Source: Octopus sinensis (Eukaryota). From it: a DNA stretch of 64,000 nt. The DNA is taken from positions 124,806,001 to 124,870,000 of the forward strand of contig NC_042999.1 of assembly GCF_006345805.1 (NCBI RefSeq), written 5' to 3'. This document shows positions 11,727 to 24,090 of this stretch, in pieces. A program made the translations under genes and the position numbers. Under the pieces are notes generated by a model. The model was given only the letters and a program-made list of their open reading frames with translations, made no database searches and was not told the DNA's origin. How positions within the stretch are numbered: the first letter of the stretch is position 1; every line of letters starts with the position of its first letter.

Positions 11727-12174
11727 ATTTTAAATATGATGTGTTCAGTGTAGGAAGGGAATATTCTACAAAATTTCAAAAATTGCTTAGTTCATCTTTA
11801 TCCAGAAAAAAAAGAAAGAGCTTAATTCACATTCCGTCACATTGAAATTTAAGTTGTGGCATCAGTAATAAACAAGCAAAGGATAAGCACAGCAGATTCC
11901 AAGCATTGCAAAAACAATTAGTCACCTGGCAATTAAGTTTGGTAACATTAGTCAATGATGAAAACAAGCTGGATTACACTAATTAACATTACTACTTATA
12001 AATTGAAAGCTAATAAATATGCAGTTTTCTGTTAATATATCCATGTTTAATGGGCAAATATATTTCATTTGAATAATGCATTCAAGTACATTAATTAAAT
12101 TTCTAAATTAGCAATAATTTAGAAAGATATAGTAATTTAGAAAGATATAAAAAAATATTTTCTTGTCCCAATAT

Positions 12175-13054
12175 TTTGAGACAAGGCTACTGAGTCTGGA
12201 GCAGCAGGTAATCCAATTACATTGACTCCAGTGCCTGACTGGTACTTAGTTTATCAATCCTGAAAGAGTAAAATGCAAAATCCACCCTGACAGAATTTGA
12301 ACTCAGAACATAAAGACTGACAAAATGCTGCTAAGCATTTTCCCTGGTGTGCTAAAGATTCTCCCACCTTCTCTTGTTTCAATATATCAGCACTTAAAGG
12401 CAATGAGCTGGCAAAAACATTAGCACGACAGGCGAAATGCTTAGCGGTATTTCGTCAGTCTTTACATTCTGAGTTCAAATTCCAACGAGGTTGACTTTGC
12501 CTTTCGTCCTTTTGGGGTCGATAATTTAAGTAACAGTTGCGTACTGGGGTCAATCTAATCAACTGCCCCCTCCCCCAAAATTTTGGGCCTTGTGCCTAGA
12601 GTAGAAAAGAATATATCAACACTTAATAAAGTGGTGAGCTGGCAGAATCGTTAGCATGCTAGGCAAAATGCTTAGCGGCATTTTGTCTGTCCTTACCTTC
12701 TGAGTTCAAATCTACTGCAGTTGGCTTTGCCTTTCATTATTTTGGAGCCAATAAAATAAGTACCGAAGTACCAGTTGAATGCTGAGGTCGATGTAATCAA
12801 CTTATACCCACACCTAAAACTGCTGGCCTTGTACTAAATAAAGATGGTGAACTAGCTGAATCAAGAGCATGCAAGGAAAAATGCTTAGCAGCATTTCTTC
12901 TGTCTCTATGTTCTGAGTTCAAAATCCATTGAAGTCAACTTTGACTTTCATCTTTCCAGGGTTGACAAAATAAGTACCAGTTATGCCCTGGGGTCAATAT
13001 AATTGATTTATTCCCTCCCACCAAAATTGCTAGCCCTGTACCAAAATTTAAGCC
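12175..13054. mobile_element. Cluster of four copies of an abundant SINE (one minus, three plus)
   Basis: Unit GGYGGTGAGCTGGCAGAA..GAGTTCAAATTCC..GCCTTTCATCCTTTCGGGGTCGATAAA..AAGTACCAG at about 12175-12370(-), 12397-12609, 12628-12838 and 12841-13054. Confidence 0.9.
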
Positions 13055-13505
13055 AATATATCAACACTTATTAGTCTATAACAGTTTGCTTAAAAATATA
13101 TTCAACTTTGTAAATAATTCACTAACTCACAAAAATACAAAGCTAAGACATCAATATTCTTCAGAAAGTTTTAAACAGCTCTTGTGGCAAATTTGTAAAA
13201 TGTTGTTGAATATCCCTTCCTCTATTGAATGTGTCATATACATAAATACATACATACTTGCATGTGTGTGTGGGTGTGTCTGTGTGTACACCCATATGGT
13301 GCTGGTGTCATGTAAAAAGTACCCAGTAAACTCACTCTGTAAACTGTTGGTATTAGGAAGAGCATCTAGCCATAGAAACCATACCAGAATAGACAATGGG
13401 GCCTGGTGCAGCCCCCAGCCTTATCAGCTCCTGTCAAACCCTCCAACATATGCCAACATGGAAAACAAACATTATATGATGATGATATATACTCATATGC
13501 TATAC

Positions 13506-13610
<105 letters not shown>

Positions 13611-13639
13611 ATATAAAAATATATATGTATGTATGCATA

Positions 13640-14900
13640 AATAAATAAATGGAGTTAAATGTTATTCAAATTCTTTTACTTCCAACATATGTTTTGAAGA
13701 CAACATTGGTATTATTCCAAAAGGAATAAAATGGTGTAAAACAATGTTATCTTCTCATCAGGGAAAGAAAGAAACCAAACACATCAATAAGACATTTTAA
13801 CAGAATGTGTTGAATGTGTATAATGATGAATGGAATGCAATTAAGTTTTTTTTTAAAAACCATTAGTAGATATAACATCAAAGGTAGCCTATAGAAAGAG
13901 AAGGGGTAAAAGAAAGGAATAAGCAGAAAACTAATAAAGGAGAAATATAGAGCAACATGTGAATTAAAATAATAGCTTAAAGGCTTGTAAATAGATATAT
14001 CTAGTGGAAGTGAAATGTAAGAAGAAAATCAATGTTCAAATTATATAGACTGGTAGAAATCACTCATATGAACTAAAGGTATGTTTATGCCAATGTTTAC
14101 ATCAATAAGCACGTTCTGGAAACGTGTTTACAAGGGGATTCTTAGAAAATAAAATTTAAAAGAACTCACTACGACAGAATTGGCAGAATTCTTTGCCTTT
14201 ATCGTATGGGAATGAAATGGAGAGAATCAACCAATCTAAATTAAATTGTTTATTATGATCCTTTAGATACCAAATTAATTTACTAAGCCCTGTACTGTTG
14301 TGCTTATTACTATCCCTAAATGTAGGGTAATGTTTAGAAATGTTTTTAGATAACTGAGAAGAACTACCTATATAAAAAGAGACATCGGTACTGGAAGTAA
14401 TTTTACACTGGTATATAGAGTTTTTAGTCTTAGAATTACTAGACATAAACTTAATTCTGTTGGAAGTGACTTCATCTTTTAAAGATAGTTACACTAACAA
14501 TAAGGCAACTACTAGCAAAACAATTTGGTTGATTATTCCTTATGGGAGACAAATTAAATCTAATCTTCCTTTCCAGTTTCATGAAGCTATTATTAAGAAC
14601 TTTCAAAGGAATTCTAAGTATTACTCAATTATCAACTCGCACACGGTTAGGATTAGTTTTTCTAACACAAAAAATCTTTCACAAATTCTCTTTTCACATC
14701 AAATTACTGAAAAGACTAACATTAATTTAGCTTATACTAACAATTCCCCTACTAATATTAACTACAAGGTTATTGTCTCTGAAGTCATTTCCAACAGAAT
14801 TAAGTTAACGTCTAGTAATTATAAGACTAAAAACTCTACATACCAGTGTCAAATTACTTCTAGTACCAATATCTTTTTTCATATAGGAATTAGTTGGTAA
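13640..14900 (-). mobile_element. Penelope-like element with GIY-YIG endonuclease, partly inverted
   Basis: 14156-14446(-) SIYQCKIT..FYIGSS..STGLSKLIWYLK..PYDKGKEFCQFCRSE. 14460-14900(+) carries the upstream linker (IPY..TVRISFSNTKNL) and a second copy of the GIY start. An HHR motif lies in the tail. Confidence 0.85.
13679..13768 (-). ncRNA. Degenerate type I hammerhead ribozyme (Penelope-associated)
   Basis: Minus strand: CTTTCC-CTGATGA-13-bp stem II (GAAGATAACATTG/CAATGTTGTCTTC)-AAAA (for GAAA)-CATATG-TT-GGAAG. Confidence 0.65.
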
Positions 14901-15517
14901 CAAAAACAGGACAGTGGAGACATTCTCTAACTCCTTTTTCCATCTGTCTTTCTCTCTCTCTCTCTCCCTCTTTTTCCTTTACGCTCTCTCTCTCTCTCTC
15001 TCTCATTGCTCATACATGACCATCATCCATCTTTCTTTTCCACATGTGATGATCTTTCTTTCCTTTCACCACTGTTGTAGAGACTGCATGTATCCCATCT
15101 GTCTCTCTCTTCTATCTTTCCTCTTGTCCAAGAGAATATTTCTCCAGCCTTTGCTATTTTACCTTCGCCTGGTCTAATGACCCTCCATGTTTATTTTCAT
15201 TCAGTTTCCTTGTATGTCTCCACTGTTCTGTTTTTGTTATCAACTTTGACCCTTGGCAAATCCCAAATTTTATTTTAGTTTGCAAGAGCAACTGCCCTTT
15301 GAAGACTTCTATTGTCCTTCCAGTGCTTGAAATGAGGAGTAGATGGACAACCAACAACTGATGAAGGGTCGTTCTTTATATTACTTGTTCTGTTTTCCAT
15401 TTGTTTCTCTTGTTGTTTATGTATTCAACTCTTTTGTTTTCGTATTCATGTTATTTACAGTTTGTGACATCCTGTACCCATATATGCTTACATATATATG
15501 TGTATGTGTGTGTATAT

Positions 15518-15599
<82 letters not shown>

Positions 15600-15619
15600 T
15601 ATATATTATTATTATTATT

Positions 15620-15842
15620 TGATTGAATGCCACGCATCCATTTCCAACGCCATTATGGACCGTTAGCTCCTACACACATTTTTTCTCTCCTTGTTTCTTT
15701 TCTGTGTATCTTTCTGTCGAAGAGCGTAGGCTCGAAACGTAAAAGATTTGTTCTATTTCTATTCCTGAGTACCATATTAATACATTTGTTTGTTTGTACT
15801 CCACCTGCCTTCGTCTTTTGTTTATTTTCATAAACCTTCCCG
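15620..15842 (+). mobile_element. Penelope-type terminal repeat fragment with minimal HHR-like motif, inserted in (AT)n
   Basis: TCTTTCTGTCGAAGAGCGTAGGCTCGAAACGTAAAAGA (15709-15746): stem II GAGC/GCTC, GAAA and palindromic ACGT. The core reads TCGAAGA rather than CTGANGA. Confidence 0.5.
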
Positions 15843-15904
<62 letters not shown>

Positions 15905-15934
15905 CACATATATATATATACACATATACACATA

Positions 15935-15984
<50 letters not shown>

Positions 15985-15998
15985 TGCACACATGTATA

Positions 15999-16231
15999 CA
16001 GGTTGGCCAAAATTCACACAGCAGTAAATCAAAATTTCATAAATACTATCTGTAATTCTGTATTGACCTGAATGCTAAAAATGTGTCACTCAAGAAGGAC
16101 TTCAGTTTGAACAATTTTCATGGTGTTTCATATTTAGATGCTTGTATTAAATTCATTCAGTTGTTAAACATAAATAAATCTGAGAATTAAATGGTTTTGA
16201 TTTACTGTCAGACGACTTTTGGCCAACCTTG
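15999..16231. mobile_element. Tc1/mariner-type MITE
   Basis: TA|CAGGTTGGCCAAAA..CAGTAAATCAAAA inverted as TTTTGATTTACTG..TTTTGGCCAACCTTG|TA; TA target duplication. Confidence 0.85.
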
Positions 16232-16267
<36 letters not shown>

Positions 16268-16304
16268 TACATATGTGTGTGTGTGTGTATATATAAATAT
16301 ATAT

Positions 16305-17855
16305 ACCACAATGTATCCTCAGAGGAACACTTTATTGCACTCTGTTACAGAAATCTAAAATTAGCTATTTTTCAAAATCCTAAGTTCTAATTTTCCACCA
16401 CACCATAAATACTACCTCGTCGCTAATAAATCTTTGATTAAATGCTCATACACTACAATACCAAACTTGGGATCTATAATTACCTCTTCCATTAGGTGTA
16501 AAATAAGCCACCTTACTGTAAGCCCTACAAACTATTGCTCTGGATCTCACTCTAACCCACCAGTTACTAATTCTATAAGTCTCAGGAACCCTACATATTT
16601 CACTAATTGCAACCCGGGTACTACTGCCCCTACTACTAATAATTGTGCCACATGTGAAAGTGGTGACACTCATCCTGGCCCTATACTAGTAACAATGACA
16701 CCTCCTGTCCTACTTTGAGAATAATAGATCATATGAGTGACATCAGAATAGGGATTAATCCTAAGCCCACTGCTAGTGAGAAAATCTGTAATTGTCAGGT
16801 CTCCCAATGAAGTCTGTTGGATGATTTTTGTTTACACTATAGTGTCATATATAAATGTCAGCCAATAACCCCACATTCCCACCAAGCTAAGGTCTACATT
16901 GGTGGCACTGTTGATTTCAAAAACCACAATCAGACTTGCATGAACTGGTTTTCAAATGAAGCCTCTAGACTCTCTACCTCCCTAGCTACATACCTCAAGT
17001 CCCAGAATATTCTCTATACCTTATACTGGTCTATTGTTTGTGGGACTTTCCCATACAATACTTACCAGCATGCTTGTAAGTTGTGTTGCAGGGAATTGCT
17101 TGCTATCCTTCACCTCCATAACTCCCATTACTCAATAGTTTCTCTGATGTAATCTTCTTGTGTAAGCACAAATTTTATTCCACTTTTACTCATTATGTAA
17201 AGTTCTTATGGTTTCTCCAAATTATGATTAAGCCCTTACTTATTGCTTAGCTATACTAGCAGTATTTTCTTTCTCGACTCTTTTTGTACTTCTCCCCCAT
17301 CTCAATATATCTTCCTCCTCTATTACCCACACACCTATTCGTTTAGTTCATTGTTTGTGTTTTCCTGTCTCTCTGTATAGCCAGCCATCATCCCTAACTG
17401 ATTTAAAATCTGCTTAGGGAAATTCCCAGCCACCAGCAGTGCTTTCTTTCATCACACTATCCTTCACTTTATTTTCTTCCCTCCCCTCTCTGTTTCACCT
17501 ATTCTATCTATATTCATTCCCTCCCCTCCCCTGATATCATAGAAATCCTTACATGCACCACTTATATCCTCACCACCCTGCCTTTTGCTCTTATTCTTCC
17601 TCTTCTTTTCTTTCACCCTTTAAATTTCTTGCAGTACCATATGAACTGCTTTTGTCAATTTTCTCTTGATGAAGAAAGCCAGACTAATTGTAATATCTCT
17701 GTGTGACTACTTACTGGTTGCATATCCAAGACTTTTTGCACATTCCATCTGCAAATTATGAGCATTATGATTATTACATAATTCTGAGCTTCCTGAAACA
17801 GCTGTCAAATTAAGAAACTATGTATTCTCTTCTTAGCATTCTGTATTTTTATGCT
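16305..17855 (+). mobile_element. Second Penelope-like element (GIY-YIG), decayed
   Basis: NFPPHHKYY..IKCSYTTIPNL and SVIYKCQ..KVYIGGTVDFK..STSLATYLK..WSIV..PYNTYQHACKLCCRELLAIL. A pyrimidine-rich tail ends in an HHR motif at 17660-17815. Confidence 0.85.
17660..17815 (+). ncRNA. Degenerate hammerhead ribozyme with extended stem II
   Basis: TTGATGA (17666) - AGAAAGC..TGTAATA / TATTACA..GCTTCCT - GAAA - palindromic CAGCTG - TC (GUC cleavage triplet). Confidence 0.55.
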
Positions 17856-18159
17856 CTCATCATCATCCTCGTCATTGTTTAACATCTGCTTTCCATGCTG
17901 GCATGGGTTGGATGGTTTGACTGAGGGCTGGCAAGCTCTATGTAAATATATTCGTACATATATATATATATATATATGTAGTCATATGTATATTTATATA
18001 TCTCTTTATGTATCTACGCACACACACATACACACACGCACATACATATATATAACAACAAAAAATATGTATGAAGAAAATCATATCTTTATTTTAGATG
18101 ATCTCACCTTATAAAACGAACAGCTCTTTCAATTGCATTAACACATACACACACATGAC

Positions 18160-18745
18160 CAGCCCATTTATGAATATCCCTCATTCATTGGACAATAAAC
18201 CTTGCTTGTGAAGACCTATTGAGGCAAGTGAAATAAAAATCAAAATTGCTGATTTGGCCACTGACAGTACCGCCTGATTGGCACTCGTGTCAGTGGAATT
18301 TTAAAAGCACATCTGAACATGCTCGTTGCCAGGGCCACGGATTGGCTCCTGTGCCAGTGACATGTGAAAAGCACCATTCAAGCATGATCATTGCCAGCGT
18401 CGCCTTACCGACACATGTGCCGGTGGCATGTGAAAAACAACATTCAAGCGTGATCATTGCTAGTGCTGCCAGACTGGCTCCTGTGCAGGTAGCACATGAA
18501 AACACCTTTTGAGTATTGTCGTTCCCAAAACCATCTGACTGGCCCTTGTGCTGGTAGCAAGTAAAAAGCACCCACTACACTCTCGGGGTGGTTGGTGTTA
18601 GGAAGGGCATCCAGCTGTAGAAATTTTGCCAAACCAGATTGTCAAACCGTCCAACCCATGCCAGCATGGAAAGCAGACATTAAACAATGATGATGATGAT
18701 GATATATGCTAGCATGGAAGGTGGACATTAAATGATGATGATGAG
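18160..18745 (+). mobile_element. RTE LINE 3' UTR fragment
   Basis: Tandem 60-bp units, GGAAGGGCATCCAGCTGTAGAAA, and a duplicated terminal GCATGGAA..(GAT)n. Confidence 0.8.
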
Positions 18746-19774
18746 TTATATGTATGTATGTATATGTACATGCATATTTTATAAATATGTATGTGTGTGT
18801 GTATGTTAATGCAATTGAAACAATTGTCAGTTTTATAGGGTGAGATCTAAAATAAAGATATGATTTTCTTCATGCATATTTTTTTGTTGTTAGATACTCT
18901 GAATTTCTTGAAATTCGGCAAAAGAATTGTTGGATTTATCTGTCATGCATGAGGATTTACCTGGGATTGCATTCTGCTTACATTTACCATTGAACATTTA
19001 ACCAAATTCTTTTAATAATGAGTAATTTATTGATATCTGTCAGGATTTTTTTTAATCCACTTTTTCTTACTTATATATATATATATATATATATTAGTAC
19101 AATTCAGTTGAATTAAGTAATTAAGTTGAGGCACCTTGTTAGGTCAGAATAATATACACACACAACAATATTATGTAAGTATCAACTTTGGTACAGAAGT
19201 ACCAGTGGAATGATATTCCTGTATTGTTTGCAGACAATTTAACCCAGCTCAGTATATAATCTGCTCTTGAGCTATTCATACATGTACATTTTATGAAATA
19301 TACAGTCCATAATATACTTCAGAATTTGCACGTTCCCAGATAGGTGAATAAAATATAAATAAGTAACAACTGAAGGACAGGTGTCAATTCATTACAGCCA
19401 TTTCTAACAACACCTTTAATTAATTAATTATAGCATTATAAAGAAACCATTTTCTTCAGATAAATACATGAACATTCCAAATGGTTTAGCATATTTTAAA
19501 ATCCATGGAGCAAAACATTTTTACTGATTCTCTTACTATTTCAGTTGACAGAATGGATTTACCAAAATAATGTACATTTAATCAGGTCAGAGAGATTTAG
19601 AGGTTAGTAGGGTTTTTACTAGGGGAAAGGATTAAGTGACCTCCAGTGACCCAATTATCCCCACTTCTAATGATAAAGAAAGATATGATACCATTTGTTT
19701 GAGATATATCTATCAAGCAGTTGCTTATTGTCTACTGGTAAGTGGTAAGAAAATGATTTGTGGTCAGATCAATC

Positions 19775-20322
19775 TCGATAATTTAGTGGATTGTACAATG
19801 TCAGTGTGCATGTACAACAGAGTGTAAGTGGCTTGTTGGGCATGAGAGGCAAGAAAGACAACTGTGCTGGTATGGCCACGTGATGCATATGGACGAGGAC
19901 AGCTGTGTAAAGAAGTGCTGATTTCTAACTGTGGAGGGAGCCTGTAGAAGAGGCAGACCCAGGAAGATATGGGATGAGGTGGTGAAGCATGATCGTCAAA
20001 CATTGGGCCTCACGGATGCAGTGACAAGTGACCGAGACCTTTGGCAATATGCCATGCTTGAGAAAACTTGTCAAACCAAGTGAAGTCATAATGGCCAATG
20101 CCAGTGTCATATAACTGGCACCCATGCTGGTGGCACATAAAAGCATCTGTGCCAATGACACATAAAAAGCACCCATTATACTCTTGGAGTGGTTGGAGTT
20201 ATGAAGAGCATCTAGCTGTAGAAACTATGCCAAATCAGACTGGAACCAGGTACAGCTCTCCAGCTTACAATCAAACTGTCTAACCCATGCCAGCATGGAA
20301 AGCAGACACTAAATATTGATGA
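19775..20322 (+). mobile_element. RTE-clade LINE, ORF C-terminus and 3' UTR
   Basis: Translates to QERQLCWYGHVMHMDEDSCVKKC..GRPRKIWDEVVKHD (the RTE RLRWYGHV / GRPRK signature), followed by the family 3' UTR. Confidence 0.88.
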
Positions 20323-21132
20323 CTTAAGCTTTTTCCTGACAAGCTATTTATATGTGCCCAGAGCACCAATATACATACACACACATACAGAACACCAATA
20401 TACACACCACAGACAGACACACACACATAGACACCGACACACATAATCACACACATATACACTTGTGCGTGCGCGTGCGCGTGTGTGTGTGTATAGACAA
20501 ATCTTTTTTTGTATAAGTCTAGGTCTTTTGGCTACTGGAGATAAAGTTGGACAATTGTTGTTCTGGTGGAGACTATAGAGCCAGAAGCATGTGTCCACTA
20601 CTATTCTCTTATCTCCAGACAATGAGCTGGTCGTTTTCTTTTATAGCATGTCAATTTCGTATGTGTAAGTATATATATATATATATATTATATATATATA
20701 GATAGATAGATAGATATACACCACATGCTCACATACATACAAATATACACACAAACACACATATGCTTACACATACATGCAATACTTCACAAATACATTC
20801 CTATTAATGATCAGACGAAAGAACTCAAAAAGATCACATGCAAAATCTAATATAAGACTCTCTTATCAGTGAAATGTTAATAACATAGACTGTAGGTAAA
20901 ATATCAAAGTGGCTAAAGTATAAGATACGAGAGGAGCCACGTGACCTTCAGAATGCTACAGAATACCTTGTGAGAAAGCTGGAGAATGGAATTTACAAAA
21001 GTTTTTGAAGGGGCCACACTGATATTTAACAAGGGAGGACTGATGGCAAGGAGGGCATCTGGCTGTAGAATATCCTCCTCAAGAAACCTAGTCTGACCCA
21101 TACAAGCATAGAAAAGTGGACATTAAGGCAAA

Positions 21133-21169
<37 letters not shown>

Positions 21170-21489
21170 TGTGAACCACCTTCTCGAAATACATATATTT
21201 CATATTTTGTGCTAATTTCATCTCTTTAAACATTTATACATCACAACAGTTTACTAGTCTCTACTATCTAGCTGCACATACTAAAATACTAAACAGTCAT
21301 GTAGAAATGTCTCTGTGTATGTGTTTGACTGTGTGCCCACACATGTGTGTGTGTGTTTGCTTGTGTGCACCCATCTGCTCTATTGTTAGCCTAGTAATGT
21401 ACATTTGCTTGTATAGATAATACCTAAACATATATATATATATATATATACATGCAAACACACACACACATGTATATATACATATATAT

Positions 21490-23335
21490 GTCTGTTTTTA
21501 ATTATTTAGATTATTCCTCTAATGAACGAGCTGGTTTCTAACAAAAATACAAAGCTCCATCTTTGGAATATAGATAACAAAAAGAATGTCATATTTTAAA
21601 CTTGCATATTTTTACTGCTCCACTTACAGGCTGTATTTGTAATGTGCAAGTGGGTTGGTTGATTTATTTTTCTGAAAACCCTAGCTTAATCTAGATTGTC
21701 ACTTAAGCATTTTATTCACAGAACCAGCTGCACAAATTATTATTGGTATAAATATGAATTTATAATTTGGATATAGAAGTTGGAGGTTTTGAAGTTGTTC
21801 ATAGTAATTCTCTTTGATTTTCAAAGAGATATTGACTTGTGAGCGAAACCTTTGGAAATATGACTAGTGACTGAGACATTTGGAAATATGCTGACTAGTG
21901 ACCAAGACCTTTGGAAATATGCTGTGCATGAGAAGACCTGGCAGGACAAGTGAGACCATAACCTGTGGCCTTTACCTGGGATGTAGCCAGTCCACTTATG
22001 CATACCTTTCCTTCTTGATAAGGCAAGTGAAATCAAAATCGATCAAAAATCAATGGAAATTGTAGTTGTGATACCAGTGCCCGTGGTATGTAAAAGAACC
22101 ATCCGAACGTGGCCATTGCCAGTGCCACCTCGACTGGCCTCTGTGTCGGTGGCACGTAAAAAGCACCAACCGATCATGGCCGTTGCCAGCCTCGCCTGGC
22201 ACCTATGACGGTGGCACATAAAAAGCACCCGCTACACTCAGTAGGAAGGGCGTTAGGAAGGGCATCCAGCTGTAGAAACACTGCCAGATCGGACTAGGCC
22301 TGGTGCAGCCTCCTGGCTTCCCAGACCCCCGGTCAAACCGTCCAACCCATGCTAGCATGGAAGGTGGACGTTAAATGATGATGATGATGATATTCACATC
22401 AGCAGGACAGCTGACCTCTATGACAGTACATATTTTTTTCTTGCCTGTCCCAAACAACAATGTCCAGCCTGTTATGTTTACACTTGACAGATGTTTTGAT
22501 GGGATGGTTCCACCAGTATTTCTTGTGCTGATGTTTGTGTATATATTCAATAACAGGGGGATTCTTTACATTTATTTCAGGACAGTCTTTTTTTCTGAAT
22601 GACATTGTATATTGTTTTTGAGACAACATTGTTACATAGGGAGGTAGGTAGCACCTTGACTGAATTTTTGGACAGCTACTAATCACAAGTGTGATGTCTT
22701 CCACAGAAATATGACATAATCTACATTTTTGGTTGCATCTCAGATCTCCAAGGGCTTCTTTGTCTCTTTTGTTGATTAGGTATTTAGTAGCAATCTCCTG
22801 TTCTTGGATTGCAAATGCATAGCCAGCCTTCAAAGTGTGATGTGATGTAGCAGTCACAAGTCCATATATGTCAATATAACCATCTTCTTCAAATCTTCAA
22901 GAAACATACCTATGTATGGTCTTTTTTTAGGTATTCTGTGTGTTTCACATCCAAGTCTTCTTCGTGGTATGTTGGTCTAGCTGTTTTGGAGTTGTATGGG
23001 AGGTCATCAGGAAGAGAGTGCTTCCTAAGGAGCTCATTGCCAACACGTTTGCTTCACTTTTCAGTACTGAGTTAATATATTTATTTTTGGTGCTAGCAAG
23101 TGCTGTCTGGGAGAGACTGTATGACATTCAAAGGTCGTCTGCACTGATCTCAAGCCTCTACCTCCTTTATCTGTTCTTGCTATTTCTGTGGAGATTTCCA
23201 GTTGATATCAGCATCTTGTGAGTTTTAACATCCATGGAGTTGATCTCTTCTACAGACCAGTCCAGTATCCCACATGCTAGAATCAGCATTGGTAATATGA
23301 ATGCATTGTGAGATATTGTTTTGTTCTAAAAGAAG
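21490..23335 (-). mobile_element. R4/Dong-like RLE non-LTR retrotransposon copy A, split by an RTE insertion
   Basis: GYAFAIQEQEIATKY..KCRLCHISVEDITLVISSCP (CCHC knuckle) and KHNRLDIVVWDR (PD-(D/E)xK nuclease) at 22399-22857. The 3' end is at 21490-21835. Confidence 0.85.
21838..22390 (+). mobile_element. RTE LINE 3' fragment nested in the RLE element
   Basis: Family 3' UTR and (GAT)n tail. The flanks GATATTGAC and GATATTCAC are an apparent target duplication. An approximately 28-bp unit is triplicated at the 5' junction. Confidence 0.8.
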
Positions 23336-23401
23336 AGTTCTGTCATATTTTTCTAACTCTGTCATAATATTCTTAGGAATGTATGTATGTATGTATGTAT
23401 G

Positions 23402-23850
23402 TCTCTTCTATTTTTTAATTCTCAGAAATCTTCCTCTGAGGAGGGAGCCTGTTTCCAACAAAGATACAAGGCTCCATCTTTGGGATGTAGTTAACACAGA
23501 CAAATTCACATTTGGAACTTGAGAAAAATCTTTCATATTTTAACAGTTCCATTCACAGATTTTGCTTGTAATATACGACTTGTCCAGTCAATTTCTTTTT
23601 CTAAAAATCCTAGTTTATCCAGATTCCCCTTTATCCATTTACTAACAAAACATAGTGCTCCAATTATTATTGGTATGAATATGAATTCATAGTCTGGAAA
23701 TAGAAGCTGGTAGTTTCGAAGCAGTTGTCCATAGATATCCTCTTTTTCTTTGATTTTCAAAGAGATACTTATATCTGCAGGGCAGCTGACCTCTATGATA
23801 GTACATACTTTTTCTCCTCTGTCCCAAACAACAATATCCGGTCTGTTATG
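23402..23850 (-). mobile_element. R4/Dong-like RLE copy B (3' end)
   Basis: KIKEKEDIYGQLLRNYQLLFPDYEFIFIPIIIGALCFV..ILQAKSVNGTVKI. Homologous to 21490-21835 and 22390-22470, and flanked by (TATG)n on both sides. Confidence 0.85.
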
Positions 23851-23859
23851 TTATTTTAC

Positions 23860-23918
23860 GTATGTATGTATGCATGTATGTATGTATGTATGTATGTATG
23901 TATGTATGTATGTATGTA

Positions 23919-23949
<31 letters not shown>

Positions 23950-24090
23950 ATGCATGCATGTATGTATGTATGTATGTATGTATGTATGTATGTATGTATG
24001 TATGTGTGTGTATGTATGTATGTATGTATGTATGTATGTATGTATGTATGCATGTATGAATGTATGTAGATATGTACATATGTATGTACA
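23860..24090. repeat. (TATG)n microsatellite
   Basis: Directly visible array. Similar arrays include (CATA)n at about 26740-26822 and (AT)n at 8200-8293, 8858-8982, 13500-13625, 15525-15606, 15844-15972 and 28913-29068. Confidence 0.97.
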
